Positions 59,969-64,000 of a DNA stretch of 64,000 nt are shown here, one piece after another. How positions within the stretch are numbered: position 1 is the first letter of the stretch; each line of letters starts with the position of its first letter. The stretch is from Candidatus Nezhaarchaeales archaeon (GTDB lineage Archaea; Thermoproteota; Methanomethylicia; Nezhaarchaeales; WYZ-LMO8): NCBI GenBank assembly GCA_038887515.1, contig JAWAKK010000001.1, positions 576,001-640,000 on the forward strand. The letters run 5' to 3'. A model generated the notes under the pieces. It made no database searches. It saw only the letters and a program-made list of their open reading frames with translations, and was not told the DNA's origin. A program made the translations under genes and the position numbers.

Positions 59969-61190
59969 TGGCTCTACCCAATCTTGCATGGGCTTGAGCT
60001 AGGTGGCCTGCCGCTAAAGCTGAGAGTAATGAGAGTTCTCCTGCTAAGCAGGCCGCTGCAACTATTTCAGCGAATTTCTTAGAGTTAGATCCTGGAGGAT
60101 TTCCAGGACCCGCACAACCCATTATCGCTAAGGCTTCTCTTTGTGTCGGGAGCCCAGTTCCACCGCCGACGGTTCCAACCTCAAGAGACGGCATGGTTAT
60201 TGAAATGTAGAGGTCTCCTTGAGGGGTTAACTCGGCTGTCGTTATAGCCATAGATGACTCAACTACTTGAGCGCAGTCTTGTCCAGTAGCTATGAATATC
60301 GCGGCGACCACGTTCGCTACGTGAGCATTAAGACCGTATGCGTGCGCAAGACCGCTACCCAAGAGGTTCTTTCTAAGGCAAACTTCTACCACGTCTTCAG
60401 GCGTAGTCTTAAGCTTGTCCATAACTACCTCTCTCTTCAAAAGGGCTTCGGCGATAACTGTCTTCCCCCTACCTAATAGCCAGTTAACTGCGCTGGGCTT
60501 CTTATCGACGCAGAGGTTCCCGCTTAGACTCAGCATCCTAGCAAATTTCACGTTTTCCTCAATGAACCTCCCGGCTTTATCGGAAGCCATAGTGACCCCG
60601 TTCATACCCATAGCATCGAAGGTGTTAGCGACGAAGCGGATCCAAACGTTTCTTCCAACAACCCAATGTTGGATGTCTATTAGCTTCACAAAGGGATCGA
60701 CACTGTTAAAGACCCCTTCTATCTCCCTTCTATGTTCTTCAATCCAACGGACTAGCTTGTATGCGTGCTCTATACTTGGAGTTATGAATAGAGGTGCCCT
60801 TGACATGTAGTCTCTTATTATCTTCGCTCTAGCGCCGCCGGATTCGGAAATAGCTGAGCAACCTCTATTTACGCTTGCGACAAGCGCCCCTTCAGTGGTG
60901 CAGAGTGGGATGTAATATTCGCCGTCAGCATAATCGCCCTTGACCTTTATGGGACCTGCAATGCCCATAGGCACCTGCCCTACACCTATTGGGTTCTCTA
61001 TATTGCGTCTAGCTGTCATGTTTAGGTCTATAGAGAATTGCCCTATGTTAACGAGTTTAACGCCAGCAACTTTTTCAAGGAAAGCCCTCCTTATCTCGGC
61101 GGCTTTATTCACATCACCAACCACTTGTTCAAGCTCATAGAGCTTGATTTCATTATTTAATAGCTTGTTTAATATGTCTTCAAAGTCCAA
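59958..61190 (-). CDS. hmgA: Class I HMG-CoA reductase (NADPH)
   Basis: NIENPIG, TTEGALVAS, DAMGMN, GNLCVDKK, GTVGGGT, GELS. Confidence 0.96.
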   Translation of the reverse strand: MDFEDILNKLLNNEIKLYELEQVVGDVNKAAEIRRAFLEKVAGVKLVNIGQFSIDLNMTARRNIENPIGVGQVPMGIAGPIKVKGDYADGEYYIPLCTTEGALVASVNRGCSAISESGGARAKIIRDYMSRAPLFITPSIEHAYKLVRWIEEHRREIEGVFNSVDPFVKLIDIQHWVVGRNVWIRFVANTFDAMGMNGVTMASDKAGRFIEENVKFARMLSLSGNLCVDKKPSAVNWLLGRGKTVIAEALLKREVVMDKLKTTPEDVVEVCLRKNLLGSGLAHAYGLNAHVANVVAAIFIATGQDCAQVVESSMAITTAELTPQGDLYISITMPSLEVGTVGGGTGLPTQREALAIMGCAGPGNPPGSNSKKFAEIVAAACLAGELSLLSALAAGHLAQAHARLGRAIKA

Positions 61191-61406
61191 AATTCGCCAC
61201 CAGTCTTAAGACCCTTTTGCGCGTTCTAAAGTTTTTCCTCTAATACATGTACCAAGGAGCCAAAATGCGTCTAGCAAAAGAAGTGTGTCTAGTAACAAAA
61301 TATGAGCGTATACTTCTATAGAATAAACCTATATATGCTCTCTACGAGCCTTTGTTTAAAGGTTCAAGGTAATGATTTGATCGGTCGTCCTCGATAGTGT
61401 CAATTA

Positions 61407-62318
61407 TCATGCATGAAAGTTTAATTGGAATATCTCGTGCATACTTGCTTTCTCTAACCCCGGTATCCCGTAAGAGTCTGCTCTACATTGCCTACATAAC
61501 TTAAATTGATTAATGAACTTGCTTGCCTTCTTCCTAACAGCTTTCAGTTCCTCGCATGTCGGCGGTTTATAGTCCTTAAAGGAGGAAAGGGGTATTAGAG
61601 GAATTATGTTTTGCACGAAAGCGCCTAGCTCAGCTACCTTCTTAGCTACCTTTACGGCTTCTCTATCATTTAGTCTTGGAATAAGTACCGTGTTCACTTT
61701 AACTATTAGACCTTCGTCAACGGCAGTCCTGAGACCCTTAAGTTGTCTTTCTATCAAGGTCTTAGCCGCCTCGAGACCCTGCATTATCCTTTTGTCTAGG
61801 ATTATGAAATCGTAAATCTTAGAAGCAACTACGGGATCTAAAGCATTAATTGTTATAGTGATGGTCTTTACCCCAAGATTCTTAAGGTCAGCAACCTTCT
61901 CTTGCAACAATAGACCATTAGTCGCGATACATTTTATAATGTCGGGATACTTCTCGTCTATTAATTTGAGGGTCGTAAATGTTTCATTATTAAATAAGGG
62001 TTCGCCAGGACCAGCTATCGCTACGACCCTTAGCCTCCTATCTATCTTAATTATTTCGTCTACAAGCCTAACTGCCTCTTCAGGTTTAATCATTGAACTT
62101 GTAACGCCTGGTCCATACTCAAATTTGCTTATTCCTCGTCCGCAGTACTTACATTGAATATTGCACTTAGGAGCGACTGGGAGGTGAAGTCTTGAATATC
62201 GAAAATTGGCTTTAGGGTTGAAGCATGGATGGGAAGCGATCCAGGAAGGCTTGCTTCCAAGCTTCTTGCCTAGTAGAAGACTGGTCTGCTCAACCATCCC
62301 ACGGACTTCATCGTTCAT
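61407..62318 (-). CDS. nifB: Stand-alone NifB-like radical SAM protein
   Basis: HPCF, HLPVAPKCNIQCKYC, AGPGEPL, TNG, CRQCRAD. Start set to ATG 62318 after GGAGG. Confidence 0.82.
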   Translation of the reverse strand: MNDEVRGMVEQTSLLLGKKLGSKPSWIASHPCFNPKANFRYSRLHLPVAPKCNIQCKYCGRGISKFEYGPGVTSSMIKPEEAVRLVDEIIKIDRRLRVVAIAGPGEPLFNNETFTTLKLIDEKYPDIIKCIATNGLLLQEKVADLKNLGVKTITITINALDPVVASKIYDFIILDKRIMQGLEAAKTLIERQLKGLRTAVDEGLIVKVNTVLIPRLNDREAVKVAKKVAELGAFVQNIIPLIPLSSFKDYKPPTCEELKAVRKKASKFINQFKLCRQCRADSYGIPGLEKASMHEIFQLNFHA

Positions 62319-62600
62319 CGAACATCTCCTCCGAATCAGTCGAGAACGCAAAATCGATATTGTCTTAGCATCTTCTTAAAGGATAGCATTCTCTTAAGGG
62401 TTTAGCAGGACTTCGTCAAAAGTGAGGTTTCGGTTTGTCGATGTCTTACATTAATAGATCTTGAGGCTAGATGGATGATGACTTCCTTTACGTTCATACC
62501 ATGCACGTTCCCTGTTAAGCATGGCACTCATGACGTCTACTACCCCTTTAGGTTCCCAAAATTTATGGTAATAGTTTAGTAAGCTATAAAAAGGCAGTAT

Positions 62601-63077
62601 ATGGAGAGTATGCTTTCGGTGAAGACTATGTCTTTAAACCAAAGGATCACCATTAAGTACGTCAGCAAGAAGACTGGCAACATAAAGAAGATCGAGCATC
62701 CAAATGAGTCGTTCGATTACATAATTAGTACTGCCGGAAGATGGGTTAATGTTGTTGCAAGCGAGAGAGTTGAAGTGAAGACTGGACAATCAGTTGTGGT
62801 AAAGATATACCCGGTAGAGCTACACCCGAAAGAGATAACACTTACATGCCCGGTTTCTAGACATGCCCTTGGAATCCTTCTCGGGCTATATGGATCTGAA
62901 GGTAGACCACAACTAGTTGAGAATAAAAGGGTATACGATAAGGCCGTCTTCTTAGCTCTTAGAGAGGGCGTCATAGAGGAAGGCGACTTGCTAGGAGTCA
63001 TGAATGTAATCATAGTGTATGAAGTGTTAGAGAAGCACTTGGTCAGAACTTGCTTCTCACCCGCCGTAAGCCGCTAA
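62601..63077 (+). CDS. DUF22 family archaeal protein
   Basis: VASERVEV, RHALG, GVIEEGDLLGVMNV. Confidence 0.75.
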   Translation: MESMLSVKTMSLNQRITIKYVSKKTGNIKKIEHPNESFDYIISTAGRWVNVVASERVEVKTGQSVVVKIYPVELHPKEITLTCPVSRHALGILLGLYGSEGRPQLVENKRVYDKAVFLALREGVIEEGDLLGVMNVIIVYEVLEKHLVRTCFSPAVSR

Positions 63078-63091
63078 CTATTCGTCCCCCT

Positions 63092-64000
63092 CTACTTTAA
63101 GTCCTTAACTACATAGGGGCCCAACCTTTTATATCCTAAAAGATAGAAGTAGGGTCTAGAACCTACAGCGCTTATAACTGCCAACCTCTTTACATCGAGC
63201 TTCTCACTCGCTATCCTCTCGGCCTCTTCCATCAATTTTTTGCCAAGACCTCTATGCTGCCACGCGCACTCTTCATCATGACCAATGGGTACTTCAGGGC
63301 CATAAACGTGAAGCTCGCGTACTATCGCCGTCGGTTTCTCCGTGAGCTCGCGAATCCAAGGACTTGAAGGCAACCTTAGCCTAACGTAACCAGCTATTAG
63401 GTCTAGATCCTGATCTTCGATTGATACGAAGAACTCTAAGCCTTGAGATGCATCATAAACTTTGCTACTAATATTGAGATTTAGGTCTTGAGGTATTATC
63501 CCATACTTTAGCTGTGCAAAGCCTACTTCCCTACACCTAATGCATCTACACTTTAGCCCAAGCTCTTCCATCCTTTTCTTAACAATTTCCCTTAAGTTGT
63601 TCGACTTAACCCCAGCAGCGATACACCTACTTGGTATGGCTCTTTGGATCCTTATGACCCTTACCCATTCCGGAATGGATGGTTTAACCTTTAATAGAAA
63701 TTCTATAGCTTTGGCATCGTCCATCGCCTCGTACATACCCTTAAGCCACATTTCATAGAGTTCCGTTCCAGGTAAGACTAGCGTCGGATAAATCTTTATC
63801 ATGTCTGGCCTAAAGTCGGGGTTTCTAAATAATTCCTTAAAGCCCTCTACGTCTCTGTCGAAGTCAACCCCCGGTAGGCCAGGCATGTAGTGGTAGACTA
63901 CCTTAAAGCCGGCATCCTTAAGGATTCTGGTGGCTTCAATTACATCCTTTATTTTATGGCCCCTCTTTATTTTCTCTAAGACCTCGTCGTATACGCTTTG
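63092..64000 (-). CDS. elp3: Elp3 tRNA uridine(34) acetyltransferase (5' part outside the window)
   Basis: HYMPGLP, PDMIKIYPTLV, CRCIRCRE, RELHVYG, QHRGLG, ISAVG. Confidence 0.95.
   Translation of the reverse strand, partial: QSVYDEVLEKIKRGHKIKDVIEATRILKDAGFKVVYHYMPGLPGVDFDRDVEGFKELFRNPDFRPDMIKIYPTLVLPGTELYEMWLKGMYEAMDDAKAIEFLLKVKPSIPEWVRVIRIQRAIPSRCIAAGVKSNNLREIVKKRMEELGLKCRCIRCREVGFAQLKYGIIPQDLNLNISSKVYDASQGLEFFVSIEDQDLDLIAGYVRLRLPSSPWIRELTEKPTAIVRELHVYGPEVPIGHDEECAWQHRGLGKKLMEEAERIASEKLDVKRLAVISAVGSRPYFYLLGYKRLGPYVVKDLK

Noticed and set aside
1-64000. Many 60-160 aa antisense or overlapping ORFs in the track (e.g. 5671-6072, 14924-15394, 33525-34004, 50044-51390, 60415-60810)
   Set aside because: They are shadows of well-supported genes on the opposite strand or frame, with no motifs
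1-64000. Genome-wide TAG recoding
   Set aside because: Several genes end in TAG at the family-typical C-terminus; only one internal TAG was found

Overview
Archaeal chromosome window (TATA-like promoters, GGTG/GAGG ribosome-binding sites, Trm14, Elp3, Thi4, class I HMG-CoA reductase, GAPN, DpsL). It is probably a thermophilic TACK/Thermoproteota lineage. Methanogenesis marker 8, a stand-alone NifB-like enzyme and DUF22 suggest a Nezhaarchaeota/Methanomethylicia-like organism (inference). The first ~15 kb is a catabolic cluster: cyclase-family hydrolase, SDR, cupin, CoA-transferase A/B, beta-keto acid cleavage enzyme, 3-hydroxyacyl-CoA dehydrogenase-family protein, amidohydrolase-type decarboxylase, AOR, PhlG/phloretin hydrolase, solute-binding protein and a RutB-like pseudogene. 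Its family composition matches the bacterial anaerobic phloroglucinol (flavonoid/polyphenol) degradation pathway plus feeder enzymes. This is the top candidate for an undescribed archaeal system. The 15-29 kb region is a glycogen cluster interrupted by DpsL/Rieske/ZIP genes. A tRNA-Arg(CCG) lies at 31.5 kb, and the remainder is mostly housekeeping. Other notable items: an AEP primase-polymerase fusion next to a LigB-like ligase, a membrane-anchored GINS-B-like domain, an HTH-NMT1-like regulator with a perfect 14-bp inverted repeat facing an SSS transporter/thi4 region, a 19-aa Lys/Glu micro-ORF with full expression signals, two unannotated small zinc-finger ORFs, and an in-frame TAG in an alanine dehydrogenase. 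No CRISPR array, transposase, integrase or rRNA was seen. All family calls are from motif recognition, not database searches.
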